Assembly: GCA_910583965.1 (NCBI GenBank)
Contig: CAJUAE010000009.1
Coordinates: 911-64,910 of the forward strand
Origin: an uncultured Lachnospiraceae bacterium
GTDB taxonomy: Bacteria > Bacillota > Clostridia > Lachnospirales > Lachnospiraceae
DNA: 64,000 bases
Direction of reading: 5' to 3'
Each line of letters begins with the position of its first letter. Position 1 is the stretch's first letter. Below are positions 43,265 through 53,772 of the stretch, piece after piece. Under the pieces are notes generated by a model, which saw only the letters and a program-made list of their open reading frames with translations, had not been told where the DNA came from and made no database searches. A program made the position numbers and the translations under genes.

Positions 43265-44104
43265 CTATAAGTCTACACAAGGGATTTTTTTGTCAGTATA
43301 TAAAATATGATTAATTAGCCAACCTAGTAAAAATTCTAGCAATTCTTGTAGATACTCTTGCGGGTTTTGATCGATTTGGTTGAGGTCAATGTTTTCCAGT
43401 TTATCAATAAATGCCTCATGCGCACGTTTCTGCGCACTTAAACCTTCATAATGGATTGCCTCCATATATTCTTGTTCGTCAGCAAAATGCTCTTTGGTGT
43501 ATTCTTTTAATTCGTTTAAAATCAACATAATGTTATCATATCCTGAAAGGCTATCAAAGGATTTCACAAGCTGGTTTGCCTTGTCAACAATGCGGAAAAG
43601 TTCTTTGTGCTCTGCGTCAACAAGAGCAATACCTGTCAAATAATCATCTGTGAATTCACAAGGATTTTCACGAATCATCCATTCTTCTAGTGGTGGTAGC
43701 TTTCCAATCATAATATCGCTGCTAAGAATGTGATGGTACAACCATTTGGCGAGGAAGCGTACAAGTTCAGTAAGTACACGTTGCTGTTCTTCTTCATTGT
43801 CAATATTGACAAATTCGTACTCACGAATTTTATCGCGGAAAAAAGTGTGCTGCGTTCGCTGACGAATTAGTTCTGGATCGCGGATTTGCATCATATATTC
43901 TTCCTCATGTGTAAAGTGTGTCTCCGCGTAATTGTCCAGTTCCTCAAGGATATTTTTCACTTCTTGATAGTAATCACTGTGGTATTCTGTGCAGGCTAAT
44001 GTATAAGCTTTGGAGAGCAGTGCAAATAGATTGCGGTGCTCATCATCAATAAGATTGATTCCTGTTATGCAATCCTGCGTAAATTCAAATATCATATTTT
44101 TCAT
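43265..44104 (-). CDS. tandem-domain bacteriohemerythrin
   Basis: Two hemerythrin repeats, each with the IDDEHRNLF / VDAEHKELF, HFxxEExYM and WLxxHIL motifs. Confidence 0.88.
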   Translation of the reverse strand: MKNMIFEFTQDCITGINLIDDEHRNLFALLSKAYTLACTEYHSDYYQEVKNILEELDNYAETHFTHEEEYMMQIRDPELIRQRTQHTFFRDKIREYEFVNIDNEEEQQRVLTELVRFLAKWLYHHILSSDIMIGKLPPLEEWMIRENPCEFTDDYLTGIALVDAEHKELFRIVDKANQLVKSFDSLSGYDNIMLILNELKEYTKEHFADEQEYMEAIHYEGLSAQKRAHEAFIDKLENIDLNQIDQNPQEYLQELLEFLLGWLINHILYTDKKIPCVDL

Positions 44105-44149
44105 CCTTTCTAACCATATTATTTTGTGGTAAAGATATGCCCGTTGGGA

Positions 44150-44309
44150 CTAGGGACTATAAAGAAATAACATTGCAAGATTGCGTGGGATATAGTTTCA
44201 AGCGTGCAGGTCAAAAAGCAGACATAACAGGTTATATTGAGGTTTTTGACCTATGGAATTGGAGTTGTAGACAAGCAAGATTGTAAAATCATTCTTTACA
44301 GTTCCCTAG
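44150..44309. repeat. 160-bp inverted-repeat element with a nested hairpin
   Basis: The arms CTAGGGACTATAAAGAA (44150-44166) and TTCTTTACAGTTCCCTAG (44292-44309) are near-complementary. Inner hairpin AGGTCAAAAA...TTTTTGACCT (44208-44252). GCAAGATTG occurs twice. Confidence 0.55.
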
Positions 44310-44477
44310 ATATAATGTCTAACGACATTATATCATATATCTGCGAAGTGTGGGGAAAATTTTTCTGTAGTTTTGTATAAATGGAGAATCGATAAGCTAT
44401 ACTTCGCACTCACATTAGTACTCCATCCAGTTAGAAATTGGAATACGGGGCTGCATGCTTCGTGTGAAAAGTAACAT

Positions 44478-46868
44478 CTATAATGTCTCTACAATCGACA
44501 TTGTGCGAAGTTTTTTCACTGGATTATAAATTGCCAATATAACAGCTACGATTACAATAGTGAGAATGATGAAAAGTTCTGTTATTGGAAGCTGCCAAGG
44601 GTCATTCCAACGATTGGTTACTAGAAATTCATAAAGCATTTTATTTAGAAATAGTCCTAAAATTGTTCCAAGAAGTCCTCCAGTTACTGCATAGCAAACA
44701 GTTTCAACTACAATCATTTTCTCAAGTTGTGTGTCGCTCATTCCAATAGCGCGCAATCCGCTGTATTGTTTCATATGTGCTTCGACACTCATAGCGATGC
44801 AGTTAATAATATTACAGATAGTGACTAGGGCAATTAGAAATAAAAATCCATATAGAAATAACTTAAAGGAATAATTGGCTCCTAGTACGCTTTGATTGCT
44901 CATGCGTTGGTCAGAAAAAGTGTACGTTGCACCAACAAGCGCGCGAATTGTGTCCACATCTGTATCTAAGGCATTGCGTGTCAATTGGATATCAATAATG
45001 GTGTAATTCTCCGCGCCTGTAAGTTGTCGAAACGTATCCTCTGAACAGAGGAGAATGTCGCTATCAGAGGTGTTAAAAGGACATTCGGACACCATACCTG
45101 CAATCGTAATTTCTGTAGTTTGACCATTGACTGTAAGTGTTACAATATCACCTGTCTGTATCTTTGTGTGATTATTGTATTGCGGTGCAGATACAATCAG
45201 TGCAGTTGTAGGCTGGGTTTGTACTTCTTTTATGGAGCCGTTTAACAGGTATTTTTCTGCCCAACGAAACTGTTGTTCGTCATAAGAGATTAGCATGGTC
45301 GTATGTTCTCTGCCATTTGTTACAGCGGGAAGATGATAGGCAAACATACGTCCATAAGTGCGTTTTATAGCGGGATTTTCTTGTAATATTGTGATAAGGG
45401 AGCGGTCAATGGTACAATTTGCTGTGAGATTTTCATTGACATCATTGTTAGCACTAATAATAGAAAGATCAGGCGTCCATGGGCTAAGTGCTTTGATGGC
45501 ATGTTTCATAAAGTCAATTGTTGTAGAAAAAGACAAAAATAAAATAATACTCAATGCAAAAGAAGCGGAAACAAGCAATAAATTTCTGCGGCTTGCAATC
45601 GCATGATGAATACCAAGCGCAATATGAACTTTACAAAATGTTGTGTTGGCAGCGCTACGCACAGGGGGCAAATGATTCGTATTGCCTGTCACTGCTGCCA
45701 ATGGAGAAGCTTTTGATGCTCTTTTTGCAGGTGCGCGGGACGCAAGAAACACTGTTAAAATGCCAATTATTATTCCTGCAACAATGCTTGGAAGACTGAC
45801 AGCAAAGGTGGGCATAGTGGCGAAGTACATAGGACTTAAAATACGTAAAATTGCGCAGAGTATCCAGATAAGAACCATGCCGATAAGAACACTTGCAGGA
45901 ATAGCGAAAGTACATAGACTAAGTGCTTCTCTGTGAACAAGTCGCATAATTTGTCTTGGTGTTGCACCCACACAGCGAAGCATACCAAAAAACTGTGTCC
46001 GTCCGGCAATATTGCTGTTTAGACTTCCTGCAATCATCAGAACACTTGCTATCAGAACCAGTGTAGATAAAACGGCTGCAGCAGCGTAAATCGTGAGCAT
46101 AAACCGATTTCCTTCGTCGCTTTGACCAAGCAGTCCCAGCAGCATTGCCTGTTCCTTTATTTGTGTGTCAGATAATTGAAATTGTGTTTTAATGTCGTTG
46201 ATTGTTTTACGGATCGTGCGGTGATTGTGAAATTGAACAAAAAAACTACTATCGTAGTCATCAGGAGCGCCGTCTGTCACACCAGGATAGAAGGTGCGAA
46301 AGGCAGCGGTGTTCATAAAGACTCCATAAATATCCTTGCTCAATATCATTGGCATATCACTTGTAAAACCGGAGATAATATAGGAGTATGTCGTTCCAGA
46401 AGTGTCACAAATTAATATTTGATGGCCAATGTCAAGACCAAGTTCCTTTTTTATATTGCCACTTACAACGACTTCGTGTTCTGTCTGTGGAAATGTGCCT
46501 TCTGAGATAGAGTTGGGATAGATTTCTTCTAGAAAAGCTGGGTCACTTCCACAAATAACCACATCTTTTCCAGCAATCTGATAGCCCTTATCCAACTTGT
46601 AATTTAGAGTGCCATAGCAGGAGAGCGCGTTTACTTCAGGGCGTGCCGCAATCAGTTCCGCTTCTGCATCACTAATTTTGTTGAGCGCAATATGCCAATT
46701 GCCATCTTCTTTTTTTGTTTTTAGTAGCTGACTTTGAATGTACATGTCTGCCATACCAAATATTGTTGTCACAAGAAACACTGATAGAAAGATACAAAAA
46801 ATCGACATGCGATTTTGTTTTCGATGTACTTTTGCATAGAGTGAAACAAGTTCAAGATAATTTTTCAT
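44478..46868 (-). CDS. ABC transporter permease with two FtsX domains (MacB/BceB-like)
   Basis: ~796 aa, two 4-TM FtsX modules separated by a large loop. ATG 46868 behind AGGGGGG. Confidence 0.88.
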   Translation of the reverse strand: MKNYLELVSLYAKVHRKQNRMSIFCIFLSVFLVTTIFGMADMYIQSQLLKTKKEDGNWHIALNKISDAEAELIAARPEVNALSCYGTLNYKLDKGYQIAGKDVVICGSDPAFLEEIYPNSISEGTFPQTEHEVVVSGNIKKELGLDIGHQILICDTSGTTYSYIISGFTSDMPMILSKDIYGVFMNTAAFRTFYPGVTDGAPDDYDSSFFVQFHNHRTIRKTINDIKTQFQLSDTQIKEQAMLLGLLGQSDEGNRFMLTIYAAAAVLSTLVLIASVLMIAGSLNSNIAGRTQFFGMLRCVGATPRQIMRLVHREALSLCTFAIPASVLIGMVLIWILCAILRILSPMYFATMPTFAVSLPSIVAGIIIGILTVFLASRAPAKRASKASPLAAVTGNTNHLPPVRSAANTTFCKVHIALGIHHAIASRRNLLLVSASFALSIILFLSFSTTIDFMKHAIKALSPWTPDLSIISANNDVNENLTANCTIDRSLITILQENPAIKRTYGRMFAYHLPAVTNGREHTTMLISYDEQQFRWAEKYLLNGSIKEVQTQPTTALIVSAPQYNNHTKIQTGDIVTLTVNGQTTEITIAGMVSECPFNTSDSDILLCSEDTFRQLTGAENYTIIDIQLTRNALDTDVDTIRALVGATYTFSDQRMSNQSVLGANYSFKLFLYGFLFLIALVTICNIINCIAMSVEAHMKQYSGLRAIGMSDTQLEKMIVVETVCYAVTGGLLGTILGLFLNKMLYEFLVTNRWNDPWQLPITELFIILTIVIVAVILAIYNPVKKLRTMSIVETL

Positions 46869-47568
46869 CTCGATATAGCCCCCCTTCTCCACTTGCAGTT
46901 CCCAAATCTGTTAGACAGCCATCCACCACATGCAGAACTCTGTCCGCGGATGCGGCTAATGCATTGTTGTGCGTAATCATAAGTATCGTTTGTTGATAGT
47001 TTCGTGAGGCTTTAATGAGCAAATCAAGAACCTCCTGACTGTTGTGGCTGTCAAGATTGCCAGTTGGCTCGTCGGCAAGAATTAGTTTTGGTTTGGTAAT
47101 TAGTGCTCTCCCAATAGCGACGCGCTGCTGTTGTCCGCCTGAGAGCTGGTTTGGCAGGTGGTGGCGTCTGTCCTGCAACCCAAGAATTTCAAGAGTTTCT
47201 TCTACAATGGCAGGATTTGGCTTGCAATAGTCAAGTAGTAACGGAAAGATAATATTTTGTTCCACAGTCAGTTCCGCTACTAGCTGGAAGGATTGGAAGA
47301 TAAAGCCAATATTGCGGCGCCGGAAAATAGTACGCTCTTTTTCTTTTAATGTAAAAAGATTGTTTCTATCAACATAGATTTCTCCAGAAGTAGGGGTGTC
47401 GAGAGCACCAATACAGTTCAAAAGTGTGCTTTTGCCAGAACCAGACGCACCAACCACCGCGCAGAATGTTCCTTTTTCAAGGGAGAATGTCACATTTTTG
47501 AGAGCGTTTACTTGCGTTTCTCCTTTTCCATAGGTTTTGCATAAATTGTTTACTTGTAAGATTTTCAT
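46852..47568 (-). CDS. ABC transporter ATP-binding protein (MacB/LolD-type)
   Basis: Walker [10 protein letters not shown], signature [15 protein letters not shown], Walker [13 protein letters not shown]. Confidence 0.93.
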   Translation of the reverse strand: MKILQVNNLCKTYGKGETQVNALKNVTFSLEKGTFCAVVGASGSGKSTLLNCIGALDTPTSGEIYVDRNNLFTLKEKERTIFRRRNIGFIFQSFQLVAELTVEQNIIFPLLLDYCKPNPAIVEETLEILGLQDRRHHLPNQLSGGQQQRVAIGRALITKPKLILADEPTGNLDSHNSQEVLDLLIKASRNYQQTILMITHNNALAASADRVLHVVDGCLTDLGTASGEGGLYRDEKLS

Positions 47569-47688
47569 GATAATATTAATTATGACTCCTTTCCAAAAGC
47601 ATTTTTATAATTTTTTACACCACGCATTAATTATTTTTATTAGGTTTTAAATTAGAGATTTGGCGGTGTAAGATTATCATAACAAATA

Positions 47689-47729
47689 TAGCTTACAGAA
47701 AGATGAATTTTAGCTTACAGTTTTGTAAG
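47689..47729. promoter_or_regulatory. direct repeat TAGCTTACAG x2 plus palindrome CTTACAGTTTTGTAAG; candidate response-regulator box
   Basis: TAGCTTACAG at 47689-47698 and 47711-47720 (22-bp period). The palindrome at 47714-47729 lies 120-160 nt upstream of the ABC operon start (minus strand). Confidence 0.45.
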
Positions 47730-47839
47730 TTGTGTTAATATCTGCACACGCTTTGCAATATTTTGCTCAAATTCTTCGCCAAAATATCAAGGATCTCTTG
47801 TTGTTTTTATTTTGTACAAGTTCATGTAATTTTGTCTTT

Positions 47840-49120
47840 TTAGTGTGTGTTTGGAAAATCTGCCTCTTGTGGAAATAGAATTGAAAAACAGGTTCCAACA
47901 TGCAAAGTACTTTGCACCGAGATTGTTCCACCTTGTCCTTCGATAATAGACTTGGCAAGTGGCAGTCCTAGGCCAATGCCCAAAGTATTAGCAGATGGAT
48001 TGCTTCGATAAAAGCGTTTAAAAATATGATAAATATCTTCGGGCGCAATGCCATCTCCGCTATCGGAAATCTGAATCACTGTGTGAAAAGGCGTATTTTC
48101 CCAAGTAATATGAATACTATCTTGTGCGCGCGTGTGATCCAATGCATTTTTTACTAAGTTACCAATTGCTTCACACGTCCATGTCATATCACATAAAACC
48201 GTTTCTGTGGCAGAGCCATCAAATAGAATTGTTTTTCCTTCTTGCTCTGCGCGTGTTGTCAACTCACTGACAGCACAGCCAATAAGTTCTCTTAAATTGC
48301 ATCGCTGTTTTTCAAACACAATATTACCAGCGTCAAGTCTTGTAATCTTGAGCATGGATTGAACTAACTGTTCCATACGCTTTAAGGCAAATCCTGTCTT
48401 AGCAGCAAAATGTTGTATTACATTAGGCTGATCAGGTTCATTTTCCATAATTTCCTGATACATAGATAGCGCTGCAAGTGGTGTTTTTAGTTGATGAGAG
48501 ATATCAGAAATCGTATTTCTTAAAAAAAGTTTTGATTGGTGTTCCGCATCCTTTTGTGCCTGCAACATTGTGGCAAGTCGGTCTACTGCAGATAGCATTT
48601 GATGGAGTGCTCCTTCATCCGTTTGTGGTAGTCGACTGGAAAAGTGACCTTTTGTATAATTGTTAATGATAGAAGTAGCATGTTGATATAGAGAAGTTCT
48701 TCTGTATAAAAATAATAGACTAACACTAAGCAGTAGGAGACAAAACAGAATGTTTATTGCCAGTGCGCTACGTATAGAAACTTGACGAAAGTGATAAAGA
48801 TGTGGCAAAAATTGGTTTTCTAGTGTGGGGCGGATTCCAATTTTTTCAAGGAGCGCTGTTGTGGATTGTGTTATTGTTTTATTAAAAGTGACATCTGTTT
48901 CCGTAAGTGCTCGCGCAATTATGGTTTCAGGGATTCCCTGTGCGATAAGAGAGGCTGTAATTGCTTCATCGTGCTGTAAAAGCATTGTTTTAGCGGAATT
49001 TGTTAATTGATTGCAAAATAGCAGCGCAATGCTGAGAAGAAAAAACGAGAGTGAGAGCAGAAATAGATAGTATCGCCGAATTTGTTGGTCTTGCATTAGT
49101 CCAAAAGTTGATTGATTCAT
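47840..49120 (-). CDS. sensor histidine kinase (HisKA/HATPase_c, two TM)
   Basis: H-box ISDISHQLKTPLAAL, N-box VKNALDHT, G-boxes DSGDGI and GIGLGL. Confidence 0.92.
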   Translation of the reverse strand: MNQSTFGLMQDQQIRRYYLFLLSLSFFLLSIALLFCNQLTNSAKTMLLQHDEAITASLIAQGIPETIIARALTETDVTFNKTITQSTTALLEKIGIRPTLENQFLPHLYHFRQVSIRSALAINILFCLLLLSVSLLFLYRRTSLYQHATSIINNYTKGHFSSRLPQTDEGALHQMLSAVDRLATMLQAQKDAEHQSKLFLRNTISDISHQLKTPLAALSMYQEIMENEPDQPNVIQHFAAKTGFALKRMEQLVQSMLKITRLDAGNIVFEKQRCNLRELIGCAVSELTTRAEQEGKTILFDGSATETVLCDMTWTCEAIGNLVKNALDHTRAQDSIHITWENTPFHTVIQISDSGDGIAPEDIYHIFKRFYRSNPSANTLGIGLGLPLAKSIIEGQGGTISVQSTLHVGTCFSILFPQEADFPNTH

Positions 49121-49152
49121 GCTTTATTTCCTCAAATAAGTTTTAATTTGTT

Positions 49153-49833
49153 TTATGATACCCATTGATAGCCAAAACCGCGCACTGTAGTTAAATGTTG
49201 TGGTTGCGATGGGTCCAACTCAATCTTTTCCCGAAGCCGTCGAATATACACAGACAGAGTATTATTATCCACAAAGTCTCCTGTGTTATCCCATAGAGCA
49301 TCAAGTATAGTCTCTCTTGTGACAACTTTGTTCGCATTGCGCACAAGCAAGTTGAGCAGACGATATTCCGCCCGCGTTAGTTCCACAATAGTTCCATCTA
49401 AAATTACGCGGTTTTGCGCAAGATCAATACAAAGATTACCAGATGAAATAATCGGCTGTGCTGTATATTTTGTTCGTCGCTGTAGTGCGCGAATGCGAGA
49501 ACAAAGTTCTCCTATTTTAAATGGTTTTGTAATGTAGTCATCTCCGCCACTGTCAAGACCACGGATAACATTTACTTCTTCATCCGCGGCAGTGAGAAAA
49601 ATAATAGGAATTTGATTGCCACTTGCCCGAACTTTTTCGCAGATGTCAAATCCAGTTCCATCAGGCAGAGTCACATCCAGCAGAAGCAGGTCGTAATTGT
49701 TTGTCCTATTGAGATGTTGTAGCGCTTCATGCACAGTGCGTACAGTTTCTACCGTGAACGCATTTTTTTGGAGTGCATATTCTAGTCCGTCAATTAGGCT
49801 GATATCATCTTCTAATAGTAGTATTTTTGCCAT
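49153..49833 (-). CDS. OmpR/PhoB-family response regulator
   Basis: Receiver domain (ILLLEDD...LLLDVTLPDG) plus a winged-helix Trans_reg_C domain (LTRAEYRLLNLL...TVRGFGY). Confidence 0.93.
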   Translation of the reverse strand: MAKILLLEDDISLIDGLEYALQKNAFTVETVRTVHEALQHLNRTNNYDLLLLDVTLPDGTGFDICEKVRASGNQIPIIFLTAADEEVNVIRGLDSGGDDYITKPFKIGELCSRIRALQRRTKYTAQPIISSGNLCIDLAQNRVILDGTIVELTRAEYRLLNLLVRNANKVVTRETILDALWDNTGDFVDNNTLSVYIRRLREKIELDPSQPQHLTTVRGFGYQWVS

Positions 49834-50011
49834 AAATTTGTCTCCTTAGAATATAAAAGACTTACAGAGTCTTTTGTGATTGTTTGATAAAGGTTTATTC
49901 TATTATAGCGCATTTTATAGATTCATCAAGATTATAAAATTCCTAGTACAATATTTTTCATTTCTCAGATATTAATCTTTATGCCGCCATTAACAACACA
50001 AATAGTAAGCA

Positions 50012-50115
50012 TTCATGTGAAATCAAAGATTTCACCATCCTGATTTGTATGCCGCCAAAGCGGCAGATGGAAGTTCGTGTGAAAATTTAAGCCGCCAAAA
50101 GGCGGCATGGGGGAT
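50012..50115 (+). repeat. family C double-hairpin module, dispersed copy
   Basis: GTGAAATCAAAGATTTCAC (50017-50035), TGCCGCCAAAGCGGCA (50050-50065), GATGGAAGTTCGTGTGAAAAT, and GCCGCCAAAAGGCGGC (50091-50106). Confidence 0.75.
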
Positions 50116-50456
50116 TAACATGAAAAATTTTACTAAATTTTTTGATTGCTAAAAAAGTAATTTTTGGGAAATAATTTCTTGAAAGAGAAAAGTGAAAAAT
50201 AATTTCACAAAATGTTCGGTAATACTTTACAAATAGAAAAATATAAGTTATAATTCTCCTATACAACTTTACTAAATTAATTCAAAAAATAGTCTTTTGG
50301 AATCCTTGTATGTGTTTTTGAGGCTTGTTTTTTGGTGTATGCATACAAATTTATTTTGCATAGACCTTAAAATTTATACATAGCTAACAAAAAACTTATA
50401 AAATTCCATACAAAGAGACCTTAAAAGTCTATCAAACAAAGGGAGGTACACAAACT

Positions 50457-51647
50457 ATGAAAAAGTTACACAAAAAATTTTTATGCACTTTGCTTTCTGT
50501 GAGTATGCTGGCAGCTTTGACAGCATGTGGCGGCAAAGACGATAGTGCAAGCACTGCGGATAGCAAGGCAACAACCACAAACACAGAGGCTAATGCAAAC
50601 ACAGACGCTAATACAGCGACAAACACAGAGGCAGATGCTCCTGCTGAGAATAAGGCACCAGCTTCTAAGGACGGCAGTGTGGCAGTATTCTACTACACCT
50701 ACGGCGATACATATATCTCAAGTGTGCGTACAGCATTGGACTCTGCACTTGACAAAGCGGGAATTAGCTATCAGGACTATGACAGTAACAACAGCCAGAC
50801 AACACAGTCTGAGCAGGTGACAACAGCGATTGCACAGGGTGCAACTGTATTGGTTGTCAATCTGGTTGACACTGGATCTGATGATGCAGCGAAGAATATT
50901 ATCTCACAGGCGAATGGTGTTCCCGTAATTTTCTTTAACCGTTCTGTAAGTGAGGAGGCAGTTACAAGTTCAGATAAGTGCGTGTTTGTTGGTACAGACT
51001 ATGAGATGGCTGGCCATATGCAGGGCGAGATGATTGGAAATTATTTGTTAGAGAATTATGATACATTGGATTTGAATGGCGATGGCACAATCTCATATGT
51101 TATGTTTAAGGGTCAGGAAGGCAACGCTGAGGCAGATGCACGTACAAAGTATGGTCAGGAGGATGCAGATGCGATTTTGACAGGAGCAGGCAAATCAGCA
51201 CTTAGCTTTTATGACAGTGCAAACAGCAACAAATATCTGGTAGACCAGGCAGGTGCATGGTCTTCAGCAGCAGCGACAGAGTACATGCAGACAATTATGT
51301 CTCAGTATAACGAAGCAAACAATAACATGGTTGAGCTTGTTATTGCAAATAATGATGAGATGGCAATCGGTGCTGTCACAGCGCTTCAGAATGCTGGATA
51401 CAACAAAGATGGCGCGACAGTGATTCCTGTGTTTGGTGTGGACGCTACAGACGCAGCAAAGGATGCAATCTCAGCGGGTTCTATGATTGGAACAATCAAG
51501 CAGGATGCAGAAGGTATGGCAAATACGATTGCAAATATCACAGCAAACTTTATGGATGGCAAGGAAGCATTTGATGGGGTAGATTCTGCGAATGTAGTTG
51601 GTACATGGCGCGTTAACATTCCATATGCTACTTACACAGGTGAGTGA
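50457..51647 (+). CDS. sugar ABC transporter substrate-binding lipoprotein (CUT2, MglB/RbsB-like)
   Basis: Lipobox LTACGG, a Thr/Asn/Ala-rich linker and a Peripla_BP_4-like body. Confidence 0.88.
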   Translation: MKKLHKKFLCTLLSVSMLAALTACGGKDDSASTADSKATTTNTEANANTDANTATNTEADAPAENKAPASKDGSVAVFYYTYGDTYISSVRTALDSALDKAGISYQDYDSNNSQTTQSEQVTTAIAQGATVLVVNLVDTGSDDAAKNIISQANGVPVIFFNRSVSEEAVTSSDKCVFVGTDYEMAGHMQGEMIGNYLLENYDTLDLNGDGTISYVMFKGQEGNAEADARTKYGQEDADAILTGAGKSALSFYDSANSNKYLVDQAGAWSSAAATEYMQTIMSQYNEANNNMVELVIANNDEMAIGAVTALQNAGYNKDGATVIPVFGVDATDAAKDAISAGSMIGTIKQDAEGMANTIANITANFMDGKEAFDGVDSANVVGTWRVNIPYATYTGE

Positions 51648-51671
51648 TTAAAATAATTCATCGACGATGCG

Positions 51672-51698
51672 GCCGCACTTCGGTGCGGCTGTGTTTTT
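51672..51698 (+). terminator. intrinsic terminator after the binding-protein gene
   Basis: GCCGCAC-TTCG-GTGCGGC followed by TGTGTTTTT. Confidence 0.8.
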
Positions 51699-51763
51699 GC
51701 ACATGCGACATAACGCGTAGGAAGTCGGAGTGTGCATCAATGAAATTATATCAGAAGGAAATA

Positions 51764-51815
51764 GTGTGAAATCAAAGATTTCACATAAGAAAAACGCAAA
51801 GGACAGCGTTTTTCA
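51764..51815 (+). repeat. family C hairpin A copy plus a second hairpin
   Basis: GTGTGAAATCAAAGATTTCACA (51764-51785), followed by AAAAACGC-AAAGGACA-GCGTTTTT. Confidence 0.7.
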
Positions 51816-52167
51816 TTTTAGCAAAAGGATACCTCTATTAATTAAAACAGTCTGATATAACAATGATGTAGCAATCTGGGGTGCAACTGGTCAATGCTCA
51901 AGACCCAAAAACCAAAGCAAAATAAAAATCTAGGAAAGGAAAAGCGAAATAGATGGAAATTTACAAACTCACATCGATAAGTGATTGTGGATATGTACTG
52001 ATGACTTAGTTTGCAAATTTATGGCTGTGGAGTGTACAAGGACTTGTGAGTAATTATATTTTAGCCTGGGTATACACGTTGAAGCAGTAGCTACAAATCG
52101 TGAGGTTGTAGAAAATCATCTAGCATATACACTTTTGTATATGTTTTAGTAGCAGGTGAGAATGACA

Positions 52168-53706
52168 ATGCAGGAGACAAATGCTTCCGCAAAAGGCGGG
52201 AACCAGAATGTCCTTCTGAAAATGGAGGGAATATGCAAGGAATTTCCTGGTGTTAAGGCGCTTAATAACGTCTCCCTGACTGTAAAGGCGGGAACCGTGC
52301 ATGCGCTGATGGGGGAGAACGGTGCCGGAAAATCTACGCTCATGAAATGTCTGTTTGGTGTGTATTCCAAGGACAGCGGTGACATTTTTCTAGAAGGAAA
52401 AAAAGTGGAGTTCAAAAACTCTAAAGAAGCGTTGGAGAATGGTGTGGCGATGGTACATCAGGAGCTAAACCAAGCATTAAAGCGTAATGTTATGGACAAT
52501 ATGTGGCTTGGACGTTTTCCTAAAATTTCAAGCTGGTGTCCACTTACCAGTGAGAAAAAGATGTACGACGAAACCAAGAAATTATTTGAAGACCTAGAAA
52601 TCAGTGTGGACCCGAAAAGGGTTATGAGCACTATGCCAGTATCACAGCGACAGATGGTAGAGATTGCCAAAGCAGTATCTTATCAGTCTAAGATTATTGT
52701 GTTTGACGAGCCAACTTCTTCTTTGACAGAGGAAGAAGTAGAACATTTGTTTAAAATCATTAATATGTTGCGCGATCGTGGCTGTGGCATTATCTATATT
52801 TCGCATAAGATGGAAGAAATCCTGCGCATTTCGGATGAAGTGACGATTATGCGTGATGGACAATGGATTGCAACCCGTGAGGCAAAATCACTAACCATGA
52901 ATGAGATTATCAAATTAATGGTTGGTCGTGAGCTGACAAATCGTTATCCAGAGAAGGATAATGTGGTGGGCGATCCGCTTTTGGAGGTCAAATCACTTAC
53001 GGCAATGTACTCTAAATTAAAAAATGTTTCCTTTGTCGCAAACAAAGGCGAAGTTTTAGGTGTTGCAGGTCTTGACAGTTCAGGACGTACAGAGCTGCTA
53101 GAAAATATTTTTGGCATAGCGACACGCAAGAGTGGTGAAATCTATCTTCATGGAAAACAGGTGTTCAATCGCAATGCGCAGGAATCAATTGCAAACAAAT
53201 TTGCATTGTTGACGGAGGAGCGTCGTGCGACTGGAATTTTTGGTATTCGCGATATCCAGGCAAACACAACAATATCTAGTCTGCGCAAGTATCACTACAA
53301 AGGGATTCCACTTCTGAGTGACAAAAAACTTGCTGAGGTTACAGACTGGGGAATTAAAGCTATGCGCACTAAGACACCAAACCAGAAAACACAGATTCGC
53401 TCGTTGTCTGGAGGGAATCAACAGAAGGTAATTTTGGCACGTTGGTTGCTGACTGATCCAGAAGTGTTGTTGCTTGACGAGCCAACACGTGGTATTGATG
53501 TGGGGGCGAAGTATGAGATTTATCAGCTTATATTGAATCTGGCAAAAGAAGGAAAAACGGTTATTATGGTTTCTTCTGAGATGCCAGAGCTTTTGGGGGT
53601 ATGTGACCGAATATTGGTGATGTCTGGTGGACAGCTCTCAGGAGAAGTAGATGCAAAGACAACAACGCAGGAGGAAATTATGACTCTAGCGGCAAAATAC
53701 GCGTGA
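52168..53706 (+). CDS. sugar ABC transporter ATP-binding protein, duplicated NBD (MglA/RbsA-like)
   Basis: First NBD has Walker [10 protein letters not shown]. The second NBD has a degenerate Walker A (GLDSSGRT), plus LSGGNQQK and [14 protein letters not shown] 52168 behind AGGTGA. Confidence 0.92.
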   Translation: MQETNASAKGGNQNVLLKMEGICKEFPGVKALNNVSLTVKAGTVHALMGENGAGKSTLMKCLFGVYSKDSGDIFLEGKKVEFKNSKEALENGVAMVHQELNQALKRNVMDNMWLGRFPKISSWCPLTSEKKMYDETKKLFEDLEISVDPKRVMSTMPVSQRQMVEIAKAVSYQSKIIVFDEPTSSLTEEEVEHLFKIINMLRDRGCGIIYISHKMEEILRISDEVTIMRDGQWIATREAKSLTMNEIIKLMVGRELTNRYPEKDNVVGDPLLEVKSLTAMYSKLKNVSFVANKGEVLGVAGLDSSGRTELLENIFGIATRKSGEIYLHGKQVFNRNAQESIANKFALLTEERRATGIFGIRDIQANTTISSLRKYHYKGIPLLSDKKLAEVTDWGIKAMRTKTPNQKTQIRSLSGGNQQKVILARWLLTDPEVLLLDEPTRGIDVGAKYEIYQLILNLAKEGKTVIMVSSEMPELLGVCDRILVMSGGQLSGEVDAKTTTQEEIMTLAAKYA

Positions 53707-53772
53707 TGAAAATCACAATAAATTCTTCTAATAGACTCCGAGAGGCTATTCTATAGATTGGAGGTATGAACT

